This document shows, piece after piece, positions 9,292 to 19,254 of a DNA stretch of 64,000 bases. The position numbers were made by a program, and so were the translations under genes. How positions within the stretch are numbered: the first letter of the stretch is position 1; each line of letters opens with the position of its first letter. Origin of the DNA: Planctomycetota bacterium (GTDB lineage Bacteria > Planctomycetota > B15-G4 > SIAN01); the NCBI GenBank assembly GCA_031409275.1, contig JANNXA010000043.1, forward strand, positions 1-64,000. The letters are read 5' to 3'. A model generated the notes under the pieces. That model searched no databases, was not told where the DNA came from, and saw only the letters and a program-made list of their open reading frames with translations.

Positions 9292-10383
9292 ATGCAGGTG
9301 ATTCCGAGGCGGGGCGTGTTGCGGATCGCGGCGGCGGTCGTGTTGCTGGTACGGCCGGCGGCAGCGCAGCACACGCTGCTGCTCGATCCGACGGCGGCGA
9401 CGGTCGAGAGGGTCGCGGCAAGCAAGGCGGCGGGCGCGGCCGAGATTGCGCTGCGACTCGAACTGATCACGCCACCGAAGGTCGACGATCCGAAGCGACC
9501 GCTCCACCGTTTCCACGTGGTGCTCGAGGATGGCCCGCTCGAGCTCGCCATCGAACGCGAGTGCTTCCTCGCCGCCGGCCGCGTGCGCGGCGCGGGGCTG
9601 AAACTCGCTTACTGGCTCGAGGTCGCGCGCCAGCCGGCGCTCGCCGTCGCTCGACCGCAGTACGTCCTGCCGCGTGCAACGTCCTGGATCGCGCTGACCA
9701 GCGTCGAAGGCGGCCGACTCCACGCCGCGTGGATCGAGGCGCTCTTGCGCGAGCCGCTGCCGCAAGCGTCCACCTGGTTCCTTGCCGCGTTGCAGGAAGG
9801 GCCCGGTGCCTGCGGTTGCGAGGAGCCTGCTTGTCAGAGCGCGCCGTTCGATGGCACGCGCGCGGACGGATTGCGTCCCGCGACACCGAACGCCGCAGCG
9901 CTGCTGGTCGAGCAGGTGCGATCGACGCTCGCCGAGAAGCAAACCAGCGGGCGCTCGGCCCATGCGGCGGCCGTCGCGAACACGACGTCGCCGATCGTGG
10001 TGCCCGTCTGGCTGCCCGGCTGCGAGTCGGGGCACGACGCGCCGCTCGTAAAGCATCGCTGCCTCCGTTCGTGCGCGCTGCAGGTTCGCCCGCTCGCGAG
10101 CGGCCACGAGGCGCTGGCGCTGCTGCTGCTCGCACCGCTGCGCTCGAAGTCGGGTGCGACGGGCGATGCAACGGCATGGATCGACGCGACGCTGCGACAG
10201 TTCTCGTCTCGCCTCGAGACACCCGCGCTGACGCCCGACCATCTCGTGGCGGTGATCGCGGCGCTGGAACTCGATGGCCGCGCGCGCGATGGCGTCGCGG
10301 TGGCCGCAGAAGTCGCGGCGGCGAAGGCGGCGGGGGCGCGCGGCGTGGTGGTCGCGGAAGCGCAGCTGCCGCAGGGGCGCTGA
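9292..10383 (+). CDS. Hypothetical secreted protein with Cys-rich segments
   Basis: Signal peptide ending AAAQ; CGCEEPAC and GCESGH...CLRSC; stop directly abuts the convergent cytochrome stop (tgatca). Confidence 0.55.
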   Translation: MQVIPRRGVLRIAAAVVLLVRPAAAQHTLLLDPTAATVERVAASKAAGAAEIALRLELITPPKVDDPKRPLHRFHVVLEDGPLELAIERECFLAAGRVRGAGLKLAYWLEVARQPALAVARPQYVLPRATSWIALTSVEGGRLHAAWIEALLREPLPQASTWFLAALQEGPGACGCEEPACQSAPFDGTRADGLRPATPNAAALLVEQVRSTLAEKQTSGRSAHAAAVANTTSPIVVPVWLPGCESGHDAPLVKHRCLRSCALQVRPLASGHEALALLLLAPLRSKSGATGDATAWIDATLRQFSSRLETPALTPDHLVAVIAALELDGRARDGVAVAAEVAAAKAAGARGVVVAEAQLPQGR

Positions 10384-11544
10384 TCAACGCGGCCGCGCGT
10401 CGTCCCGCATTCCTTCACGTGAGCCGTGATAGGCGTGGCATTCGAGGCAGTCGCCGCGAGCGGCGCCGCCCGATTGCTGCGCCTGGTGGCACTTCGCGCA
10501 GTCGGCGAGCCGTGGAAGGTGCAGGTCGCTGGTGGCGTGGCTCGACCTCACGTCGTGGTGGCACTCGTCGCAGCGGGTCGCGCGATGGGCTTGGTGGTCG
10601 AAGCGGGCGCCAGCGAACCAGCTTGCCGGCACCCCCGGCGGCGCGATCGCTTGAAGGCCGCCGTCCTCACCGCGCTCGACCGCGTGGCATTCGGCACAGC
10701 GGGTGGCGGCGAGGAAGTGCTCCGCTTGCGCGACGGTCGTGGTGAGCCACGCCTGCACGGTGGGGTCGGCGAGCGCGGCGCGGCGGCTGCGCTCGACCAT
10801 CTGCGGTGTGTCGCGCAACACGCGCGCGGAGGCGAGGCGGGTGAGCTCCTCGCGCAGCGCGGTCGGCTGCAAGCCGTGGGTCACCGTGGCGCCAGCGAGC
10901 TCGCCGTTCAGCTCGAGCGAGTGGCAACCGGCGCAGTGGTGCTCGTAGACGATCGGCGCCATGCGCCTGCCGGTGGTGTCGAGCGAATGGCAGTCGGCGC
11001 ACTCGAGGCGGCGCGCGAGCCCGGGCAGGTCGAGCGCGAGGTGGAGCGCGTGGTCGAGGCGGATCGTGCCGGGATCGGGGCGTGCGTCGCGATGGAGCGC
11101 GAACTCGGGATGGTCGGTGAAGCTCGCGACCGCGGCCACGCCGCTTCGCTCCGTCGCATGGCATTGCGTGCAGTGCGCGTCGGCGGTGCGCGAGTTCGAG
11201 CCGTGTTCGCGATGGCAGGAGGCGCACGCGGGCGCCGCCACTGCTTCGCCGCGAACGTGGGGCGTGCCCGCGTGGCAGCGGCTGCAAGCGCGGTCATCGA
11301 CGCCGGTGCCGGGCGCGTGGCACTCCTCGCAGCTCGCTTCGAACGAGGCATGCGCCGGCGCAAGCGGTCCGGGCGACCACGGCTGCTGGCGGCCCGCGAC
11401 CACAAGACCTGACAGCGCGATCAGCGGTGCCACGAACGCGCCTACGGCGAGGCGCGCACGCCACTGCCGCAGCGGATGGGGCCGCCGGTAGTAGTCGAGC
11501 TCGATGCGGCTGGCGAGCGTCTTGGTGGTGCGGGTGCGGGCCAT
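10384..11544 (-). CDS. Membrane-anchored decaheme c-type cytochrome (cytochrome c3/c7-like)
   Basis: Ten CxxCH: CEECH, CSRCH, CASCH, CTQCH, CADCH, CAGCH, CAECH, CDECH, CAKCH, CLECH; N-terminal hydrophobic helix. Confidence 0.92.
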   Translation of the reverse strand: MARTRTTKTLASRIELDYYRRPHPLRQWRARLAVGAFVAPLIALSGLVVAGRQQPWSPGPLAPAHASFEASCEECHAPGTGVDDRACSRCHAGTPHVRGEAVAAPACASCHREHGSNSRTADAHCTQCHATERSGVAAVASFTDHPEFALHRDARPDPGTIRLDHALHLALDLPGLARRLECADCHSLDTTGRRMAPIVYEHHCAGCHSLELNGELAGATVTHGLQPTALREELTRLASARVLRDTPQMVERSRRAALADPTVQAWLTTTVAQAEHFLAATRCAECHAVERGEDGGLQAIAPPGVPASWFAGARFDHQAHRATRCDECHHDVRSSHATSDLHLPRLADCAKCHQAQQSGGAARGDCLECHAYHGSREGMRDDARPR

Positions 11545-11553
11545 GGATCGCTC

Positions 11554-12384
11554 TCAGAGGTAGCGCAGCGCGCCGAGCGCGTGGAAGAGCGTCGCCGCGA
11601 GCGTCGCCCATGACACCGGCACATGGAACAGCAGCCAGCCGTGCAGCCAGTGGTGGAGTCGGCGCTGCTGTTCGAGCCCGCAACGTTCGTCGCAGAGATC
11701 GAAGAGATCATCGACCGCTTCATGCATCGGCGCCGGCAGCAGTCGCTTCAGGTGCGCTCGCTGCATCGGCGCGGTCGAGCGCTGCTCGAAGAGGCTTGCG
11801 CGCGGGCGTGCGGCAGCGAGGAAGGGCCGCACTTGCGACTCGTAGAAATCGCGCAACGGCGCGTGCTCCGGATGGGGCGCCTTCGCGCCGCACCACTTCT
11901 CGATCAGCGCGCTTGCCTCCTCGCGCAGCAGCTGCGCCACGTGGTCGATCTGCTCGTAGATCGTCTCGCGCACGACCTGCTCGGTCATGACGCGCGGCAG
12001 GAAATGTTGCAGCGCGACGCCGACCACTCCGCTCGCCCAGCTAGCGAGGAAGAGCGCCATCAGCCAGCTCGTGAGCGAGCCGCCGCAAGCGAAGTCGCCG
12101 TGGAAGAGCACCAGCGGCAACGACAGCGCGCCAAGCCAGACGTGCCCCGACAGCCAGCGCGACGTCTTGCCGAGCCGCCACGCCTTCCGCCGCTTGCGCA
12201 GCGTGAGCGCCGCGCCGGTCACCATGCAAGCCAGCGCCGCGATCCCGAAGGCGAGCCCCCACGCGCTGCCGCCCGTCAGCGGCGCGAGCGGATCGCGTCG
12301 CACGAGCCACCAGCAGCCGGTGGCGACCAGCAGCGTGGCGCTGCAGCCGACGATCCAGGGACGCTGGCGCGCGTCGATGCGCAT
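11554..12384 (-). CDS. Integral membrane protein, probable di-heme cytochrome b / ferric-reductase-like
   Basis: About 5 hydrophobic helices; two intramembrane His pairs 14 residues apart (HVWLGALSLPLVLFH; HVPVSWATLAATLFH). Confidence 0.7.
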   Translation of the reverse strand: MRIDARQRPWIVGCSATLLVATGCWWLVRRDPLAPLTGGSAWGLAFGIAALACMVTGAALTLRKRRKAWRLGKTSRWLSGHVWLGALSLPLVLFHGDFACGGSLTSWLMALFLASWASGVVGVALQHFLPRVMTEQVVRETIYEQIDHVAQLLREEASALIEKWCGAKAPHPEHAPLRDFYESQVRPFLAAARPRASLFEQRSTAPMQRAHLKRLLPAPMHEAVDDLFDLCDERCGLEQQRRLHHWLHGWLLFHVPVSWATLAATLFHALGALRYL

Positions 12385-13958
12385 CAGCGAGCCCCCTTCG
12401 GCGGCGTCGTGACGCCTTGCAACGGGAAGAGGCGCTGCTCGAAGAACTTCAGCGGATCGACGCGATGGGCGGCGTCATGCGGGCAGCCCGCGACGCAGGC
12501 CGGCTCGCCCTGGTCCATGCAGAGGTCGCAGGTGGTCGCTTTCGTCTTCGGCTTGGCGGCGCGTTCCGGGGCGCCCGCGCCCGCGCCCGCTTCCGCGAGC
12601 TCGACCATCGAGATGTTCCCGTACGGGCATTGCTTGGCGCACAGGCTGCAGCCGATGCACCAATCCTCGATCACGATCTCGAGCGACTCCTTGCGGCGGA
12701 TGGCGCCGACCGGGCAGCCGACCATGCAGAGCGGGTCGCGGCAGGTGCGGCAGGTGGTCGCGACGAGGTACTGGTCGAAGCGCAGTCCGTCGCGGATGAG
12801 GCGCGTGACGCCTTCGTGGGCGCTGGCGCAGCCATGCACGCACTCGTCGCAGCGCGTGCAGCGGTCGAGGTCGAGCAGCAGGAGGTTCTGCGCCTGCATG
12901 AGCCCCTGCGAGAGGAACTGCTCGAGGTCGACCGAAGCGCCGCGCTGCGCGAGCGTCGCGTTCTGCGCCGCCCGCTCGGTCGCCAGCGTCGCCAACCGCG
13001 CGCGCACGTCCGGGAAGCGCGCGACCATCTCGGCGAAGTCGCTGCTCTCGATCTTCACGACTTCGACGTGATCGAGCGCCATGCAGGTTGCGTTGCGCGG
13101 CACGGAAGAGAGCAACGCCATCTCGCCGAAGCAGCTGCCGCGCGGCAGGTAGGAGAGCACCATGTCGCCGCCGGGCCAGTGCTTCGACACCTTGACGAAG
13201 CCGATGCGCACCAGGAAGAAGCCGTCCGCGACGTCGCCTTCCTTGAAGATCACCTGGCCCGGATCGAAGCGCAGCAGCTTCACCCGCGGCCGCAACGCGT
13301 CGACGAACTCGCGCGAGAGCCCCTGCAGCAGCGGTACGCCGGCGAGGTGCTGATCGAGGGCGCGCGCGCGGTACTTCTCCTCGAGCGCGGCGCGGAACGT
13401 GGTGTTCCTCTGCAGCTCGACCAGGATGTTGCGCAGCATCTCGACCACGACGACGCGCGTCTTGGCGCGGACCGTCGCGGAGCGAGGGTAGAAGCTCAAG
13501 CACGCCATCTCGCCGAAGAGGTCGCCGGCGCCGAGTTGTGCGATCGGCCGCTGCGAGTCGAGGTCGACGGGTGCGTCGATCGGGATGTAGCGGCGCGGCG
13601 TCGCCGTCTCCGCTTCGGCCGGCGCGCGCGTCAACACCTGCTTCAGGCGACGAAAGAAGCCGCCGCTCGCCTGCTTCTGCACGCGGCCCAGCGTCGCCTG
13701 CAGATAGACCTCGGCGCTGCCTTCGAGGATCACGAACGCCGTCGAGCCGAACTCCCCTTCGCGGCACAGCAGCTCGCCCGGTTCGAAGACGCGGCGCACG
13801 ATGGCGCCGGGGTTCTTCTCGAGCTTGCTGCGCGAGAAGCCTTGGAAGAGCGGCAGGGCGAGCACGGCGTCGGGCGACAGCGGCTCGCCGTAGTCGAGAC
13901 GCTGCTCGACGGGCGCGAGCGGCGTGGGCGGCGCAGCGGTTACAGGTTCGGCGCTCAT
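12384..13958 (-). CDS. Tandem cyclic-nucleotide-binding domains fused to a DmsB/NrfC-like 4x[4Fe-4S] ferredoxin
   Basis: Phosphate-binding cassettes FGEMACLSFYPRSA and FGEMALLSSVPRNA; 16 Cys in CTRCDECVHGC, CRTCRDPLCMVGCP, CIGCSLCAKQCP and CDLC-x7-CVAGCP; no signal peptide. Confidence 0.9.
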   Translation of the reverse strand: MSAEPVTAAPPTPLAPVEQRLDYGEPLSPDAVLALPLFQGFSRSKLEKNPGAIVRRVFEPGELLCREGEFGSTAFVILEGSAEVYLQATLGRVQKQASGGFFRRLKQVLTRAPAEAETATPRRYIPIDAPVDLDSQRPIAQLGAGDLFGEMACLSFYPRSATVRAKTRVVVVEMLRNILVELQRNTTFRAALEEKYRARALDQHLAGVPLLQGLSREFVDALRPRVKLLRFDPGQVIFKEGDVADGFFLVRIGFVKVSKHWPGGDMVLSYLPRGSCFGEMALLSSVPRNATCMALDHVEVVKIESSDFAEMVARFPDVRARLATLATERAAQNATLAQRGASVDLEQFLSQGLMQAQNLLLLDLDRCTRCDECVHGCASAHEGVTRLIRDGLRFDQYLVATTCRTCRDPLCMVGCPVGAIRRKESLEIVIEDWCIGCSLCAKQCPYGNISMVELAEAGAGAGAPERAAKPKTKATTCDLCMDQGEPACVAGCPHDAAHRVDPLKFFEQRLFPLQGVTTPPKGAR

Positions 13959-16900
13959 CGCGACTCCTCGTCGGCGACGGTGTAGAGCGCGCCCGCGCGC
14001 AGGTAGAGGCGGCGCATCTCGTCCAGCGTGAAGGGGCGCGCGCCGCGTCGATTGAAGACGGAGAGCTGGTTCCCGCTTTCGTCGACGGCGCGGTCGCGAT
14101 CGAGCCCCTCCGAGATGGCGAGCGCGGGCCCGTCCGTCGCGAACGTCGCGATCAGGCGCGGCGTCGGTTGCTGCGTGAAGCCGGCGAAGCCGGGCGTCTC
14201 GCCGGCCGTTACCAACTCGATCACGCGCAAGCCGTTCACGCCGTCAGCGACGTAGCCAAAGACGCTGTTGTTGGTCATCGCGACCTTGACGTCGTTCACG
14301 TCGGTGAGCGCGCCGTCGGCGTCGAACGTCGCGAGCAGGAGTGGCGCGCGCGGTCGCTCGACGTCGACGATGGCGATGCCGTGGCGGCCGGCGGCGACGT
14401 AGGCGTGGGTGCGCGAGAGGTAGACGTTGCGCGCGTCGGCGATGGCGACGGTCGCGTCATCGATCGGCCGTGGCGCGTCGGGATCGGTGAGGTCGAGGAG
14501 GCGCAGCCCGCGCGCGTCGCTGACGAAGGCGTAGCGAAACTGCACTTGCACGGCAGTCGGCGCCTCGACGTGCGGCGCGCCGATGACGGTGACGAGACGC
14601 GGTTGGAGTGGATCGGCGAGGTCGACGATCGCGAGGCCGCCGCGGCAGCCGACGTAGGCGCGCGTGCCGGCGACCGTGACGCTGGTGGCGCCGCTCAACG
14701 CTTGCCCAGGGTTGAAGGTGACGCTGCGCTCGAGGAAGTTGTTCTGCGGGTTGCCATCGAGCAGCGTCGCCGCGTTGACGAGGATCAATCCCTCCTCGAA
14801 GTCGGCGACGTAGAGGAAGGCGTAGAGCAGGTGGATCGCCGCTTCCTCGTTCTCGGCGCGCCGCGTGCGGCCGGGATCGAGCGCCGTGGTCGCGGGCGAG
14901 GCGACGCCGCGCGCGTCGCGGGTCGCCACGTGAAGACGCTGCCCGAGCGGCGAGACGGGCGCGGAGACGCTCTTCTCGGAGAGCCCTTTGTGGTCGACGT
15001 TGGCGACGTCGAAGACGCGCAAGCCACCGCTGCCGCACGCCGCGTAGACGTACTCGCCGCGCAGCTGCAGCGAGCGAATCGTCGGCGCCGAGCCGGGCAG
15101 CAGCCGCTCGCCCACGTCGTCGGCCGGATGGTGGACCGAGAGGGTCAGCTTCGAGTCGCCGGCGCGGTGCGCGGCGAACGCTTCGGGATAGGCGATTCGA
15201 TGGAGGTTGCTGCCGACCACGGCCTGCGGCTCATCGCGCTCGGTGACGACGACCGCCTCGAAGCCGGCGGCGCCGGTCGCGACGTAGCAGTAGCGGCCGA
15301 TGAAGCTCGTTTGGTTGGTGCCGAGCAGCAGCAGCTGCGCCATCCACGCATTGTTGTCGTCGGCGCCGCTCACGTGGCAGTCGCTGCACTTCTTGGTGGC
15401 GCCAGCGCCGCGGACGGTGTGGGGGACGTAGGTGCAGAACGCCTGGCCGGAGAAGCCCTCCGCTGACACGGTCTGCTGCTGCGCGTAGACCCACTCGCGA
15501 TCCTCGTTCTGCGAGGAGACCAGCACCGCGCAGGTCGAGCGCGCCGGCGAGATGCGGCCGCCCGCCACCGCGCCATCGACGGCCAGCATGTAGCAGTCGT
15601 CGCGCAGCGTCTGGAAGTTGTAGGAGGTCCAGTTGCGCGCGATCTGCCCGTCGGCGTGGAGATTCGGCGTGCGCTGGTTCGCTTCCATCGGCAGGTGGCA
15701 GCCGAAGCACGACGTCGTCCAGCTCGTGTGACAGGCGGCGCAGGTCATGCGCGAGTCGGCGTGGGCGCGATCGCCGGCAGCGTTGCGCATCGTCTTCGCG
15801 CGGGCCGACTTCGCGTTGTAATGCGCGGCGCCCGGAGTCACCGTGTCCTGCACCTGCACCACTTCCCAGGTCAGCTTCGGCGTGACGACGCTGCGCTGAT
15901 AGAGGCGCTCGCCCTGCCAGAAGAAGCGCCGCTCGCCAAACGGAGTGGTCAGCGCTTCGAGGTCGTGGCCCGGTTCGCCGCCATTCGTCGGCACGCCCGC
16001 GGCGTTCGCTGCCGGACCGCTGGTGCGCAAGTTCGCCTTGGCGTCGACGCTGCCGTGGCAATCGTCGCAGTCGATCTCGATGGCGCCGCGCACCTCGTTG
16101 TGCAGCCGACCGGTGCCGTGGCTGTCCTGCTCGAAGTGGCAGTCGACGCAGTGCATCCCCTTCTCGAGGTGGATGTCCATCAAGTGGACCGCGCGCGCGA
16201 ACTTGTCGGGCGCGTCGTCCGGGATCACGGCGCCGGCGCCATCGAGCAGCTCGCCATGCCGGTTGCGCTGATAGACGTTGCGGAAGAGCCAGCCGTGGCC
16301 ATGGAAGTCGGCGAACTGCGTCTGCTCCAGCTTCGCGTTGAACTCCGGCGTGCCCGTCTTCGCGAGGAATTGCGGATCGCTCCAGAGGCCGCGCAACGCG
16401 GCGCCTTCGGGGTTCTTCGCGCGGATCGCCGCCTTCTCTTCGGCGGTCAGCTGCTTGCTCTGCGCCGGATAGAGGTGCTCTCCGTCGGTTTCGTTGTCCC
16501 ACCAGAGCGTGCCGTAGTAGCTGTTGGTGACCGTCGTGCCGGGATGCATGTGGCAGACGACGCATTGGCTCGATGGGATCGCGCGCGTGAAGCGGTGCTT
16601 CAGCGGATGGCCCGGCTCGTCGTGCGGGATCGTCGGATCGGCGGTGACGCTGGTGCCGCCGTTGCCGTGCGCTGCGATCGCGCCGGAGTGGCGCGGATCG
16701 CGGTCGTTGGCGTAGAGGACGTGGCACGCGCTGCAACCGCTGGCGCGGTAGTCGCCGGGATGGTCGTTCGTCCCGAATTGGTTCAACGTCGGATCGAGCA
16801 GTCGCGTCTTCTGCAAGCCGAGGAAGACTGGATCGGTGCGAGTCTGCGTCCCGTAGCCGCGGTTGCTGAGCTTCGCTTCGGGATCGCCAGGTGGCTCGAA

Positions 16901-17722
16901 GGGGTTGGGCAGCCCGATCTCCGGCTTCCTGCGCCCGCCGCGCTCGAAGACGCGCAGCACGTTGCCCGGCTGCGTGATCTCCCATCGCGCCAGCGGTTGC
17001 AGCGACGGCAACCATCCGCGCGCGCGTTGCTCTTCGTCGGTGGGTGCCGGACGCGCGACGAGCTGCGCCGCCTCGCCCGACTGGTGAACCGCCTCGCCGA
17101 AGCGCGCGTCCTTCCACGGCACGGCGCCGTTGTTGTAGAGCGCCGCGCCCCACAGCATCGCGCCGTGCGCCATCATCCCGCCGCGCACGCGTTGCACGAG
17201 GTCGCCGTGGCAACCCGCCGTGCCGCAGCTCTGCGGCGCCGCGCGCAGGTCGCCGGGATTGACGAAGCGGATCCAGTCGAGCGACTCGTGCAGCGAACCG
17301 GTCGCGAGGCGTTCCGGATTCGCAGAGGACAGCACGCCGCCGCGCTGCCAGAGTTCAGGGCGGCCTGGCTGCGGATGAGCCGCTTCCTTCGTCGCCGCCG
17401 TCGCGTCACCGCCGTGGCAGTCGACACATCCGAGATGAAGAGCGCCGCTCGCGTGCATGTCGAGGTCGTCGACGAAGGCGGCGGCATCGGTCGTTTCGAC
17501 GTAGCCCGAGTGGCAGGCGACACAGCCGCTCGACTTCGCGAGCGCGGCCGAGGGGTCCTGGTCGAGCAGGGAGCGCGGCGTCGAGGTGGAGCGCCCGAGA
17601 TCCGTGGTCGCCTCCGCGGAGCCGTCGCGTTCGTGCGCGCCCGTGCAGGCGTAGGCCAGCAGCGCCAGCGCCGCCGCGATGAATGCGGCGCCGCGGGCAC
17701 GCCGATGCGTCCCGAGCTTCAC
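13955..17722 (-). CDS. Large multiheme c-type cytochrome lipoprotein with C-terminal LVIVD beta-propeller
   Basis: GTG start after GGAG; MKLGTHRR...LALLAYAC lipobox; 9 CxxCH plus one CX4CH (CGTAGCH); repeats YVAT/YAAC/YVAD...GLRVFDV/GLAIVDL/GIAIVDV. Confidence 0.88.
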   Translation of the reverse strand: MKLGTHRRARGAAFIAAALALLAYACTGAHERDGSAEATTDLGRSTSTPRSLLDQDPSAALAKSSGCVACHSGYVETTDAAAFVDDLDMHASGALHLGCVDCHGGDATAATKEAAHPQPGRPELWQRGGVLSSANPERLATGSLHESLDWIRFVNPGDLRAAPQSCGTAGCHGDLVQRVRGGMMAHGAMLWGAALYNNGAVPWKDARFGEAVHQSGEAAQLVARPAPTDEEQRARGWLPSLQPLARWEITQPGNVLRVFERGGRRKPEIGLPNPFEPPGDPEAKLSNRGYGTQTRTDPVFLGLQKTRLLDPTLNQFGTNDHPGDYRASGCSACHVLYANDRDPRHSGAIAAHGNGGTSVTADPTIPHDEPGHPLKHRFTRAIPSSQCVVCHMHPGTTVTNSYYGTLWWDNETDGEHLYPAQSKQLTAEEKAAIRAKNPEGAALRGLWSDPQFLAKTGTPEFNAKLEQTQFADFHGHGWLFRNVYQRNRHGELLDGAGAVIPDDAPDKFARAVHLMDIHLEKGMHCVDCHFEQDSHGTGRLHNEVRGAIEIDCDDCHGSVDAKANLRTSGPAANAAGVPTNGGEPGHDLEALTTPFGERRFFWQGERLYQRSVVTPKLTWEVVQVQDTVTPGAAHYNAKSARAKTMRNAAGDRAHADSRMTCAACHTSWTTSCFGCHLPMEANQRTPNLHADGQIARNWTSYNFQTLRDDCYMLAVDGAVAGGRISPARSTCAVLVSSQNEDREWVYAQQQTVSAEGFSGQAFCTYVPHTVRGAGATKKCSDCHVSGADDNNAWMAQLLLLGTNQTSFIGRYCYVATGAAGFEAVVVTERDEPQAVVGSNLHRIAYPEAFAAHRAGDSKLTLSVHHPADDVGERLLPGSAPTIRSLQLRGEYVYAACGSGGLRVFDVANVDHKGLSEKSVSAPVSPLGQRLHVATRDARGVASPATTALDPGRTRRAENEEAAIHLLYAFLYVADFEEGLILVNAATLLDGNPQNNFLERSVTFNPGQALSGATSVTVAGTRAYVGCRGGLAIVDLADPLQPRLVTVIGAPHVEAPTAVQVQFRYAFVSDARGLRLLDLTDPDAPRPIDDATVAIADARNVYLSRTHAYVAAGRHGIAIVDVERPRAPLLLATFDADGALTDVNDVKVAMTNNSVFGYVADGVNGLRVIELVTAGETPGFAGFTQQPTPRLIATFATDGPALAISEGLDRDRAVDESGNQLSVFNRRGARPFTLDEMRRLYLRAGALYTVADEESR

Positions 17723-17847
17723 TACTCCCTGCGACACGATCGTGGGGCTCCCCGGGCGCGCAGCGCGCCACGAGGTCAGCGATCGGCGGCCGGGAAGCCG
17801 CGGCTTGAGAAGTTCTTTCCGCTCCGACCGGCCGTCGCGCTGCCGTC

Positions 17848-19254
17848 CTACGCGACGATCCCCTTCACCACTTCTCCGTGCACATCGGTGAGCCGGAAGT
17901 CGCGTCCCTGGTGGCGGTAGGTGAGCCTGGTGTGGTCGAAGCCGAGCTGCTGGAGCAGCGTGGCTTGCAGGTCGTGGACGTGGACCGGGTCCTGGACGGC
18001 GTGGTAGGCGAAGTCGTCGCTGGCGCCGTGGACGTGGCCGGCGCGGAAGCCACCGCCCGCCATCCACATCGAGAAGCAGCTCCCGAGGTGGTCGCGTCCG
18101 TGGGCGTCGCGACGGTTGACGTCGCCTTGCACGAAGACGGTGCGGCCGAACTCGCCACCCCACAGGACGATCGTGTCTTCGAGCAGGCCGCGTTGCGCGA
18201 GGTCCTGCACCAGCGCGGCGGAGGGCTGATCGGTGTCGCGGCACTGCACTTCGAGCTGCGTCGCGAGGTTCTGGTGCTGGTCCCAGCCGGCATGCATGAG
18301 CTGGACGAAACGCACTCCGCGCTCGAGCAGCCGGCGCGCGAGCAGGCAGTTGCGCGCGAAGCTGCCCTGCCGCTGCACGTCGGGGCCGTAGAGATCGAGC
18401 ACGCTCTGCGGCTCGCCGCGCAGATCGAGCAGCTCGGGCACGCTCGCCTGCATCCGGAACGCCAGTTCGTACTGGGTGATGCGCGTGTCGATCTCGGGAT
18501 CGCCGAACTCCGCGAAGTGCTTGGCGTTCAGCGCGGCCAGATCATCGAGCGTTCCGCGCTTCAGCTCGCGCGGAATGCCCGGCGGATCGCCGAGGTAGAG
18601 GACCGGCTCGCCTTCGGCGCGGAAGCGGACGCCTTGGTGTCGGCTCGGCAGGAAGCCCGAGCCCCAGTAGTGGTCGTAGAAGAGCTGCCCGCAGGTCTTG
18701 TCGGCGTCGGACGAAGTCATCACCACGAACGCCGGCAGATCGCTCGAAAGGCTGCCGAGCCCATAGACCGTCCATGCGCCGAAGCTCGGTCGTCCTGGAA
18801 TCTGGCTGCCGGTCATCCACAGGGTGACGCCGGGCGCGTGGTTCACCGCCTCGGTGTGGAGCGAGCGCACGAGGCAGAGCTCGTCGGCGATGGAACCGAT
18901 GTGGGGCAGCAGCGTCGAGAGCTCCATGCCGCACTTGCCGTAGCGCTGGAACGGTCGGATCGCCGGCAGGATCGGATAGCGGCCCTGGCCCGACGTCATC
19001 GTCGAGAGACGCGCGCCGGAAAGGATCGACGCGGGCAGTTCGCTTCCACGCAGTGCTTCGAGGCCGGGCTTGGGATCGAAGAGATCGACGTGGGAAGGCG
19101 CGCCACCTTGCCACAGCACCACCACGCGTTTCGCCTTCGGCGCGAGTTGGGGCGCCGCCTGCGCGAGGCCATCGCGGCCGAGCAGGCCGTGCAGCGCCGC
19201 GAGCCCAAGGCCCGCGCCGCTCTGCTGCAGGAACGCACGGCGCGTCACTCGCAT
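17848..19254 (-). CDS. DUF1501 domain protein with Tat signal
   Basis: MRVTRRAFL Tat motif; GAPSHVDLFDPKP, GRPSFGAW, WDQH, GEFGRT and FRLTDVHGEVV motifs. Confidence 0.9.
   Translation of the reverse strand: MRVTRRAFLQQSGAGLGLAALHGLLGRDGLAQAAPQLAPKAKRVVVLWQGGAPSHVDLFDPKPGLEALRGSELPASILSGARLSTMTSGQGRYPILPAIRPFQRYGKCGMELSTLLPHIGSIADELCLVRSLHTEAVNHAPGVTLWMTGSQIPGRPSFGAWTVYGLGSLSSDLPAFVVMTSSDADKTCGQLFYDHYWGSGFLPSRHQGVRFRAEGEPVLYLGDPPGIPRELKRGTLDDLAALNAKHFAEFGDPEIDTRITQYELAFRMQASVPELLDLRGEPQSVLDLYGPDVQRQGSFARNCLLARRLLERGVRFVQLMHAGWDQHQNLATQLEVQCRDTDQPSAALVQDLAQRGLLEDTIVLWGGEFGRTVFVQGDVNRRDAHGRDHLGSCFSMWMAGGGFRAGHVHGASDDFAYHAVQDPVHVHDLQATLLQQLGFDHTRLTYRHQGRDFRLTDVHGEVVKGIVA

Noticed and set aside
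17723..18244. N-terminal extension of the LVIVD cytochrome in the ORF track
   Set aside because: Overlaps DUF1501 in another frame; the RBS and lipoprotein signal support the GTG at 17722.
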